A DNA stretch of 64,000 nucleotides, taken from the NCBI GenBank assembly GCA_965261595.1, contig CBDHDG010000004.1:736001-800000 (forward strand), written 5' to 3'. The translations under genes were made by a program, and so were the position numbers. The notes beneath the pieces are model-generated. The model worked only from the letters and a program-made list of their open reading frames with translations. It was not told the origin of the DNA and searched no databases. This document shows, piece after piece, positions 20,093-28,148 of the stretch; position 1 is the stretch's first letter; each line of letters starts with the position of its first letter. The stretch comes from a bacterium (GTDB taxonomy: Bacteria > UBA8248 > JACPRG01 > G963555815).

Positions 20093-20458
20093 CTAGACGA
20101 CGAGAAACACCTCGCCGCCGCGCACCGCGACTTCGCATTTCCTGATTTTGACGTTGTGATCCCCGGGGTGCTCTCCGGTCTCGATATCGTATTCAAATCC
20201 GTGCCAGGGGCAGACGATGTGGACGTGGTCCTCGGAATATTTCAGCCCCCGGCTGGTCTGGTCCGGGTTCAGGTTCTCCTCCACTTTCCGGATGATCTTC
20301 CCCTGGCAAACCGGCCCCCCCTGGTGGGGGCAATGGTTATGGAAGGCGCGGAAACCGCCGTTGATTCGAAACACGCCGACCTCATGCCCGTCCACGACGA
20401 GGATCTTCCGGTCCCCTTCCGGAAAATCCGCTTCGTTCCCCACGTAGATTTCAGGCAC
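20093..20458 (-). CDS. Rieske [2Fe-2S] ferredoxin
   Basis: CPHQGGP ... CPWHG Rieske motifs; GTG start after GAGGAG. Confidence 0.92.
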   Translation of the reverse strand: MPEIYVGNEADFPEGDRKILVVDGHEVGVFRINGGFRAFHNHCPHQGGPVCQGKIIRKVEENLNPDQTSRGLKYSEDHVHIVCPWHGFEYDIETGEHPGDHNVKIRKCEVAVRGGEVFLVV

Positions 20459-20706
20459 GCCGCGCTCCTCCCGCTCTCTCAACCACCCGCCGCCGCGATG
20501 AAGCGCCGTCAAGTTCCGGCCGCATACGCCTCTTCCGAAAACCCTTCCGCCCGTGACGGGCTCGAAAAGGGGATTTCCCTTTCGAATCACTTTGGCCAGG
20601 ATTTTAGTGCATCACCCCGCATCCGATCAACTGTCAGCCGATTAAAATTTCGGGATTATCCCTTGGGGAGAGACGGGTCGAAGGGTCTTCGCGGGGCGTT
20701 GAAGGG

Positions 20707-21792
20707 TTAAAATCGCGTCCCGATTTGAAAGCTCCCGATCACCGCGTCCCCCAGGTCCAACCGATTCCGGCCGCGATCATCATAATCCTCCCCTTCGAAG
20801 TAAAAACGGTCGAAGGCGAATCCGCCGCTGAAATCAACCCAAACGGAATTGCCCAGGGAAACCCGAACGCCCCCTTCGACCTTTTTCTCGTTATAAAAGA
20901 GCCGGTCATCGTCCCGGGTCCGATTCGCGCGCCGGTAACGCCGGCTCCACCAGAAGAAATCGGCGCGCCAGGTGAGCCGCCGGAACATCCGGACCTCGGC
21001 CCCGGCGTGAACCGTGCGAAGCAGGAGGTAAGTCAACCGGAGCTTGACGTTCCCCACCGGTTTCCACTCCGCGGACGTAATGGGGATCCCGAACAGGACT
21101 TTGGCCTTTCCGGAAGGCTCATACTGGTAGCTGACGCCCGGAAGCGGCAGGCCGTTCAGAAACTCCCGGTCATTCGAGTAGTTCAGGAAGAAGACCCAGG
21201 CGTTCCGAATCCCGTGGGGGACGCGAAGGAAGGCCGTCGCCTGTCCGGAGATCTCATCGGCGCTCGCGAAAGGCTCATCGCTCGGCGAACCCAGGGAAAC
21301 GCTTACGACCCCAAGCCACCGGTTCTCAAACATGCGCCGTTGCGTGAATCCGGCCCGCACGTCCCAAAGACTCTTGGGAAACCCGACGCCGGCATCCGGG
21401 AGAACAGCGTTCGTATTGATGTTTTGCGTATGGACACCCATCTGGAACGACAGCTCGTTTTGATGATCCTGCGAAACGGGAAATGATAACTTTCCATCCT
21501 GCTGCGTAACCAAAAATCCCGTCCCCTGCCCTTCGACCGTCCCGTCCGCATAAATCGTCGTGCGATACCGCGTATGAATCTTCGCCTTGCCGACAACGGG
21601 GTTCAACAGCATCAGGACCGCTCCCGGCTGAGGGGCCTGCCCGGACGCAATGGGCGCCCATGAAAAGATTCCAAACACCAGAACGATAAATATCGGAATC
21701 AAGTCCCGGATGGATTTCCGCAATCTCGCCGTCTCCCATGCGATGGACGCCTTCCACGCCCGCAGAAAAATCCACAAGAGAATACAACGCAA
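20707..21792 (-). CDS. Probable outer-membrane beta-barrel protein (true start probably downstream of 21792)
   Basis: Signal-peptide-like hydrophobic stretch, alternating aromatic/hydrophobic strands, C-terminal Phe (IGTRF). Confidence 0.6.
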   Translation of the reverse strand: MRCILLWIFLRAWKASIAWETARLRKSIRDLIPIFIVLVFGIFSWAPIASGQAPQPGAVLMLLNPVVGKAKIHTRYRTTIYADGTVEGQGTGFLVTQQDGKLSFPVSQDHQNELSFQMGVHTQNINTNAVLPDAGVGFPKSLWDVRAGFTQRRMFENRWLGVVSVSLGSPSDEPFASADEISGQATAFLRVPHGIRNAWVFFLNYSNDREFLNGLPLPGVSYQYEPSGKAKVLFGIPITSAEWKPVGNVKLRLTYLLLRTVHAGAEVRMFRRLTWRADFFWWSRRYRRANRTRDDDRLFYNEKKVEGGVRVSLGNSVWVDFSGGFAFDRFYFEGEDYDDRGRNRLDLGDAVIGSFQIGTRF

Positions 21793-21882
21793 TCCAAGAA
21801 AACGGAAAGGCTTGCTCCCTTGGTGGGGCCTCTGAATGGCCAGGCCCCGTCGGCAACGGCCTTACCAGGCGATCCGCGCACG

Positions 21883-22740
21883 CTAACTCATCACCATAAA
21901 TCCCCCGCCTACGACGAAAACCGTCGAGAGCATGGTCCGGGGGGTGATGTGCTCGATTCGCTGGAGGAACCCCCGCGAAAGGAGCACGACGAGAAGGGGC
22001 CAGGTGTGGGCGAGGGGGGTGACGACGGTGATATCGCCCGTCTCCAACGCCCGGAAATAGAAATAAAGAGAGAGGGTCACGAACAATCCCCCCAACAAAA
22101 GGTAGGGCAACGCCGCCCGCTCCCACCGAAACCGCTCGCCGGTGGGGATCAGCGGGGCCAGGAGGATCAGAAACACCAACCCCGCCCAACTCTGAACCGC
22201 GGCACCGAAAACGGGCGCGGGCGCGGCCTGGAGCCCGAGCTTTCGGAAAACGGCCGTCAACGCGAGACAAACCGCCCCCAGGATGGGATACCCGAGGAAC
22301 CGCCAAGTCCGACCCCAGTGGGACTTCTCGAAGGACAGGGCCACGATTCCCAAAACGATCAAGAGGGTCCCCGCGATCACCCGTCCGGACGGGGTTTCCC
22401 CCAAATAGAGAACCCCGACGGTCGATGAAAGGAGAGGGCCCAGTCCGGCCGCCACGGCGCCGGTCCGGGATATCCCGATCCGGCGCGACCCCAAAATGAT
22501 AAAAAGCGCCGCCAGCGCCGGGGAGGCGACGCCCGCCACAACGAAATCCATCAGCGCGGCGGCGGGGAATGAATCGGGGATGGCCGCAAACGGAAGGAAC
22601 AGGCTCAACCCAATCGCGCAGATCCCGTTCGCCCACAGGTTCACGGAAAATGCGGAAGCGTACTGGACAGCGACCCTAGAGAACAGGTAGAAAAAGGCGA
22701 ATGCGAAGGCCGCCAGGACGGCCAAGCTCTCGGGATTCAC
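21883..22740 (-). CDS. EamA/DMT family transporter
   Basis: About ten TM helices in two repeats; LYLGE and GFLQRIEHIT motifs. Confidence 0.88.
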   Translation of the reverse strand: MNPESLAVLAAFAFAFFYLFSRVAVQYASAFSVNLWANGICAIGLSLFLPFAAIPDSFPAAALMDFVVAGVASPALAALFIILGSRRIGISRTGAVAAGLGPLLSSTVGVLYLGETPSGRVIAGTLLIVLGIVALSFEKSHWGRTWRFLGYPILGAVCLALTAVFRKLGLQAAPAPVFGAAVQSWAGLVFLILLAPLIPTGERFRWERAALPYLLLGGLFVTLSLYFYFRALETGDITVVTPLAHTWPLLVVLLSRGFLQRIEHITPRTMLSTVFVVGGGFMVMS

Positions 22741-22958
22741 CCGCTCTCCTTCTCGATGGAAACTTTTTGCCGTCTCTAAACCCGACGGCCTACCTACCTG
22801 GGCGTCTTATCTTCAACGTGACTTCCAGATGTGGTCAAGTCGACGCGAATCTCCGAGACCGGTCCCGCGCAAATCCCAGAAGCGGCCGATCTGCAATTAA
22901 GAAGGCGAACGGACTCCTCGGCGGCCGTACGCAGGTTCCCATGAGGGAGAAGCGGCTC

Positions 22959-23774
22959 ATGAATCCAGAGGGAAAATGGCAGCTGAGCGGCGACGCCCCT
23001 GAGATCTACGATCGACAGATTGTTCCGGCTATGCTGGGACCCCTGGCAGCACCCCTCATCGAAAGGGCGGCGGTTCAGCCGGGAGAACGGGTGCTCGACA
23101 TCGCCTGCGGCACTGGCATAGTGGCCCGCACGGCCGCCCAAGCGGCGGGACCAACCGGTCGCGTGACAGGGCTCGACATTAATGAAGGAATGCTCGCGGT
23201 CGCAGTCACGCGCCCGCCCTCCGCGGAGGCACCCATGGCATGGCTCCGGGCGAGCGCGCAGGACCTCCCCTTTCTAAACGCTTCCTTCAATACGGCGCTC
23301 AGCTCACAGGGATTCCAATTCTTCCCAGACCGACCGGGCGCCCTGCGCGAGATCCGGCGCGTCCTAATGCCAGGGGGGCGCCTAGTCCTCAACGTTGTCC
23401 GCTCCCTGAAATTCAACCCGGTCCACGCCCTTCTCGTCGAAGCACTAGAGCGTCACGTGGGTCCGGAGGCGGCAGACATCCTGCGCAGCGGGTACACCTT
23501 GGGAGACGCGGACGACTTCCGCACCCTCATCGCAGGAGCGAAATTCCACGGCGTCGAAACGCATACCACTGAAGTGTGGGCCCGCTTCCCGTCCAGCGAA
23601 TCGTACCTCCGGTGGCACATCTCCGGGTCCCCCATGGCCGGGCCGGTGGCACGTGTAGACCCGGCGGCCCGTAATCGGTTTCTTGATGAAATGACCGAAT
23701 CGCTCCGGCCTTATCTGGACGATGAGGGACTAACGTTTCCACTCCAGACAAACGTCGGCGTCGGGTTCCGCTGA
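22959..23774 (+). CDS. Class I SAM-dependent methyltransferase (UbiE-like)
   Basis: VLDIACGTG, GLDINEGML, LPF, RRVLMPGG. Confidence 0.9.
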   Translation: MNPEGKWQLSGDAPEIYDRQIVPAMLGPLAAPLIERAAVQPGERVLDIACGTGIVARTAAQAAGPTGRVTGLDINEGMLAVAVTRPPSAEAPMAWLRASAQDLPFLNASFNTALSSQGFQFFPDRPGALREIRRVLMPGGRLVLNVVRSLKFNPVHALLVEALERHVGPEAADILRSGYTLGDADDFRTLIAGAKFHGVETHTTEVWARFPSSESYLRWHISGSPMAGPVARVDPAARNRFLDEMTESLRPYLDDEGLTFPLQTNVGVGFR

Positions 23775-23825
23775 GACCATGAACAGCTGGGTCCGAACCA
23801 ACGGCGTGATTCTAAAAGGGACAGC

Positions 23826-24554
23826 CTACGCCTTGACAGACTCGGCGGCGGCCCCTTTCCGATCCGGCGTCCCGGCCAGGTAGGTCTTGGCCTCGGCGAG
23901 GGAAATCACGTCCGCGTACTTGGCGTTCATGTCGAACAGGTTGATGGCGTGGCTGGCTTCGCCCCGGTCGAAATTGCACTCCTCGACCAAGGCCACCTTG
24001 TACTCATAGGAGAAGGCGTCGATGACCGTGGCCCGGACGCATCCGCTCGTCGTCGTCCCCGCGACCAGGAGGGTGTCGATCTCCAGCCCCCGAAGCAGGC
24101 TCACGAGGGGCGTCCCGAAGAACATGCTCGGCTTCAGCTTGGGGACGATATAATCCCGGGACTCCGGGGCAATCTCCTCGACGATCCGGTCGCCCAGGTT
24201 ATCCCCCCGTTGGCCCGGCTCCATGGCCCGGCGATTCTTCGCCGCCCACCGGCCCATGTCGCCGCCGTCCGGCCGGAGGGTGTTGGTGGAATAGAAGATG
24301 GGCGTGTTTCGGGCCCGGGCGGCGTCGAGAAGCGCCTTCGTCGCGTGGATCCCCTCCCAGCCGCGCTCGCCGCAACTGTGATGAAACCTGACGATGGAAT
24401 CCAGGATCGGCTCGGGCTTATCGCCGACGAAGTTGTAGACCATGTCCACCACCAGAACGGCCGGCCGCTCGCCCAGATCGCCCTTCTGTGACAAACCCGC
24501 CGCTTCGAAAACTTGTACGTCCAACGGCGTCAGAAATTTATCCCAAACCGGCAT
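23826..24554 (-). CDS. Isochorismatase-family amidase (N-carbamoylsarcosine amidase / NicF-like)
   Basis: VVDM, KLKPSMFFGT, GTTTSGCVRATVIDAFS catalytic Cys. Confidence 0.92.
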   Translation of the reverse strand: MPVWDKFLTPLDVQVFEAAGLSQKGDLGERPAVLVVDMVYNFVGDKPEPILDSIVRFHHSCGERGWEGIHATKALLDAARARNTPIFYSTNTLRPDGGDMGRWAAKNRRAMEPGQRGDNLGDRIVEEIAPESRDYIVPKLKPSMFFGTPLVSLLRGLEIDTLLVAGTTTSGCVRATVIDAFSYEYKVALVEECNFDRGEASHAINLFDMNAKYADVISLAEAKTYLAGTPDRKGAAAESVKA

Positions 24555-24575
24555 CGTCCGTTCTCCTTTCCTGGT

Positions 24576-25964
24576 TCATTCCGTCCCGCTGTCTCTCATC
24601 CGCGGGGCCACGAACTTTCCATCGCCCGGACGGGCGAGGATCTCCCGGTCCCGCATCGCGACCTTTCCTCTCCGGACCACCACAACGGCCCGGCCCTTGA
24701 ACCGGCGGCCCTCGAACGGGGACCAACCCACCCGGGACTCCATGTCCCCGGCCCTGACGGTCCAGTCCTTCTTCAAATCCACCAGCGTGAAATCGGCATC
24801 CGCCCCAATCCGGATGGATCCCTTCTGCGGGTGGATCCCGGCGATCTTCGCCGGGGCGGCGCTCATCAGTTCCACCAGCCGCGCGAGTCCGAGCGACCCG
24901 CTACGAACCCGCTCCAGGCCGATGGCCAGCGAGACCTCCAGCGCGGGATAACCCGTGGGCGCCTTCCAGACATCCTTCGAGCCGAGGCGCTTCTCTTCAG
25001 CCGTATGGGGCGCATGGTCGGTGGCGATGGCGTCGATCGTCCCTTCCGCCATGGCCTCCCAGTACAGGGGGATCTCACCGGCGGGAAGCGCAAAGGGCAG
25101 GCCGAGCGGTCCCACCCGATCCAGGTCCTCCAGCGTCAGGGCCACGGGCGGGCATTCCGCCGTTACCCTCGCCCCCCGCTTCTTGGCGCGGCGGACGAGG
25201 TCGAGACACTCCGGCCCCGACAAAGAGATGTGCGCCACGTGGAGACGCGCCCCGGCGGCTTCCGCCAGGTGAACGCACTTCGCCGTGCCCAGGACGGCCG
25301 CCGGAATCCGGCGCAGGGCGTTCAGGTCCCGCATCCGGTTTCGTCCCGCCCGGATCAGCCGCTCACGCTCCGCCGCCTCAATCCCAGGCGCGCCGGCATG
25401 AAGACAAACGGGCAGGCCCGCCTCCGCCGCCCCCCGAAAGACCTCATGAAGGGCGTCCTCCTCGGTGCAGAAAAGCTCGTTGAAATACGCGTTCCCCGGA
25501 ATCCGGGCGAGTTGCTGCTGATAGATTTTTATCCCGACCGCGCCCAGATCCGCGAAGGCTCGGTACGCGCCCGAATCGGTTCCGCCCGCCCACAGGCCGA
25601 AATCGCAAAGGGCCTTCGAGGCCGCCAGCGCGGCCTTCGCGCGGAAGGCCCCGGCCGTGGCGGTCGCGGGCTGGACGTTGGGCATATCGAAGACCGTTGT
25701 GAACCCCCCGGCCAGCGCCGCCCGGGCGCCCGTCGCGAAATCCTCTTTGTGGGTGAGGCCCGGGTCCCGGAAGTGGACGTGGAGGTCGATGAGACCCGGC
25801 AGGACGTGCAGGCCGCGCGCGTCGAGGGTCTCCCCCGCCACCGGGCCGAAACCGGGGGCGGTGAGGGCCGCGATCCGCTCCCCCCGGATCACCACGTCCG
25901 CGTCGGCCGGACCGGTCTCGAGAACGACCGTTCCTCCCCGGATCGCGAGATCGGGCACCTTCAC
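24576..25964 (-). CDS. Dihydroorotase / allantoinase-family amidohydrolase
   Basis: IDLHVHFRDPG, GGFTTVFDMPN, IATDHAPH, GADADF. Confidence 0.92.
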   Translation of the reverse strand: MKVPDLAIRGGTVVLETGPADADVVIRGERIAALTAPGFGPVAGETLDARGLHVLPGLIDLHVHFRDPGLTHKEDFATGARAALAGGFTTVFDMPNVQPATATAGAFRAKAALAASKALCDFGLWAGGTDSGAYRAFADLGAVGIKIYQQQLARIPGNAYFNELFCTEEDALHEVFRGAAEAGLPVCLHAGAPGIEAAERERLIRAGRNRMRDLNALRRIPAAVLGTAKCVHLAEAAGARLHVAHISLSGPECLDLVRRAKKRGARVTAECPPVALTLEDLDRVGPLGLPFALPAGEIPLYWEAMAEGTIDAIATDHAPHTAEEKRLGSKDVWKAPTGYPALEVSLAIGLERVRSGSLGLARLVELMSAAPAKIAGIHPQKGSIRIGADADFTLVDLKKDWTVRAGDMESRVGWSPFEGRRFKGRAVVVVRRGKVAMRDREILARPGDGKFVAPRMRDSGTE

Positions 25965-25976
25965 AGGGAGCCGCCC

Positions 25977-26819
25977 TCAGTCCTCGCGCCGATCCGCGCC
26001 GCCGTTCCCTCCGGCGTCGATCACCCGGACGGAGACGTTCTTCCGCGCGGGGCGCCGGTAGTCGAGCCGGTGCGGATGGCTGTACACGTTGAACGCCTGG
26101 TTGCGCACGTACCCGATGAGCGTGATTCCGATCCGTTTGGCCATCTCCACCGCCAGGGACGTGGGCGAGGTCCGGGAGATGATGAAAGGGGTCAACATGC
26201 GGGCCCCCTTGCGGAGCATCTCCGAGGAGATGCGGCCGGTCGAGACGAGGACCCGGTCTTTCGTCGGGATGCCGCGGGCCAGGGCCTCGCCCTGGATCTT
26301 GTCCACGGCGTTGTGCCGCCCGACGTCTTCGGCCGTGATGAGGAGGGCCTCCGGGTCCGCCGGACGGGTGTCCGCGAGGGCGGCGGCGTGAATCCCCCGC
26401 GAGCGCCGGTAAAGCTCCGCCGAGGCGTAGAGCGCCCGGATCAAGAGTTGCACCGTCTCGGGCTTCAACCGGGCGTCGGACTGAACAGGCGGATAATCGG
26501 TCATCCCGAGATGGAAGCTGACGCCTCCGGTGCAGCCGGTGGTGATGACCCGCCGGGTGGGGCGGCGGAACGGGACGTGCAGCTCGACGTCCGCCGTCGC
26601 GTCTTCCAGGTCTACGTCGATGGACTTCACCTGGTCGATGTCGGTGATGATCCGCTCGAAGTACAAGAAGCCCAGGACGAGGGTGTCGAGCTGGGTGGGC
26701 GTGGCCATCAGCGTCGCCAGCTCGACCCCGTTCACCATCAGGGCCAGGGGCGTTTCCTCGACGACGTGGATGTCCCCCGTCTCGAACCGGCCCCCTTTAT
26801 ATTTATAGACGTACGGCAT
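25977..26819 (-). CDS. fdhD: FdhD/NarQ molybdenum-cofactor sulfurtransferase
   Basis: VVEETPL, GFLYFE, TTGCTGG, GIHAAAL, EDVGRHNAVDK, STGRISSEM. Confidence 0.92.
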   Translation of the reverse strand: MPYVYKYKGGRFETGDIHVVEETPLALMVNGVELATLMATPTQLDTLVLGFLYFERIITDIDQVKSIDVDLEDATADVELHVPFRRPTRRVITTGCTGGVSFHLGMTDYPPVQSDARLKPETVQLLIRALYASAELYRRSRGIHAAALADTRPADPEALLITAEDVGRHNAVDKIQGEALARGIPTKDRVLVSTGRISSEMLRKGARMLTPFIISRTSPTSLAVEMAKRIGITLIGYVRNQAFNVYSHPHRLDYRRPARKNVSVRVIDAGGNGGADRRED

Positions 26820-27107
26820 GGGCCTTCCGACTCCAATACCGGGCGGCCTGTCTCTCCGCTCCGCGATGCCTTCAGTGTATCATCGTCCAAATGAATTTGT
26901 TACCTGAGCGCTCCCGGGAGATTCCGCAAATCCGCTCGGCCTTCCCCCCTCCCCCTCCTCCCCCCCCTCCGAGAGGGTCCCCTCCGAGAAGGTCCCCGTC
27001 CGGCATGCCGTGTCATAATGGCCGGGTGTGCGGCCCGTTAAATCCCGAGGCGTGAATCGCGCCCCGCGACGGTCTCCCCGAATCCCTTTCAAACCAAGGA
27101 GTCAGCG

Positions 27108-27287
27108 ATGGCTGAAGACCTCAGGGCGGAACCCATTCTGGCAAAACTCAACGAGCTTCGGCACGACGCCGAAACCGATAAGGAAGACATGGAGTACATC
27201 GCGCTGCACCACGCTTTCTGCTTCATCTCTTATCAGATGAGTGAATTCGGGAAATACCTGAAAGAAGAGAATCAAAAAGAGGCGTGA
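27108..27287 (+). CDS. Small hypothetical protein, 59 aa (absent from the ORF track)
   Basis: AAGGAG RBS; MAEDLRAEPILAKLNELRHDAETDKEDMEYIALHHAFCFISYQMSEFGKYLKEENQKEA; fills an otherwise empty gap. Confidence 0.75.
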   Translation: MAEDLRAEPILAKLNELRHDAETDKEDMEYIALHHAFCFISYQMSEFGKYLKEENQKEA

Positions 27288-27317
27288 GGGCGGGCGGGGC
27301 GATTCGAGAGCCGGCCT

Positions 27318-28088
27318 TTACGCCTTTCCGTCGATGATGTCCGTAATCAACGTGGCCGACCAAACCAGGTGAAGCCCCAGCGGGTCCTTTCCGCCGTCTT
27401 TCAGGACCGCCCCGACCGAAGAGGAGTGGACGCCCAGGAGATAAACCCGCCGCCGCGAGAAGGGATCGGCGCTCCAACGGGTCGCGGGGATGGAGGAAGG
27501 CTTCAGGATGACCGGGGAGCCGCTCGTCCCCGGATGAAGGTTGGCGTCGATGAGGGACAGGGGCTTCCCCTGAAACGGAATCGGATAGGGCGAGGCCAGC
27601 GTGGCATAGCGGATCACCGGCAGGTTGTGGACGTTGTCGTGATATCCCCGGGGATAGCCGATGACGAGAAGCTCCTGTCCCAGCTCGAAATCGAGGTCTT
27701 CGGGAACGTAATCGGCCTCGGAGAGCGCCGAGATCGCCACCGCCTTCTCCGCGGCGCGGCTGCGGATCTCCTCGACCTCCAGGCAGAGAACGTCAGAGTC
27801 GTTGCGGGGGTCCTCCAGCCAACGCGGCCGGCCCGCTTCGTCGAAGAGCGGCAGCGACATCCAGAGGTTCTCGCCGAGGTCGCTCGCCCTCTGGTGGAGA
27901 TGAATCCGGAAGTGGGTGGGCTGAACGCCCCGCCTCCCGCTTTGGGCGACATGGCGGTTGGTGACGAGATAAATCCGGCCGTCCTTGGTGAAGAAGAAAC
28001 CGGTCGCCGTGCCAAACTCCTCCTTCTCCCGGACGAGCTTGATCCGGACGATGCTCATCAAAACCGGGTCCACCCGGCGCTTGGCCAT
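27318..28088 (-). CDS. Trypsin-like serine protease
   Basis: ATGFF, LVTNRHV (His), DV (Asp), PGTSGSPV (Ser). Confidence 0.9.
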   Translation of the reverse strand: MAKRRVDPVLMSIVRIKLVREKEEFGTATGFFFTKDGRIYLVTNRHVAQSGRRGVQPTHFRIHLHQRASDLGENLWMSLPLFDEAGRPRWLEDPRNDSDVLCLEVEEIRSRAAEKAVAISALSEADYVPEDLDFELGQELLVIGYPRGYHDNVHNLPVIRYATLASPYPIPFQGKPLSLIDANLHPGTSGSPVILKPSSIPATRWSADPFSRRRVYLLGVHSSSVGAVLKDGGKDPLGLHLVWSATLITDIIDGKA

Positions 28089-28148
28089 CTTTCCTCCCCC
28101 CTCCCCCCCCCCTCCCCGGACCGATTCGAGAGGGCCGGGGCGGCCCGT

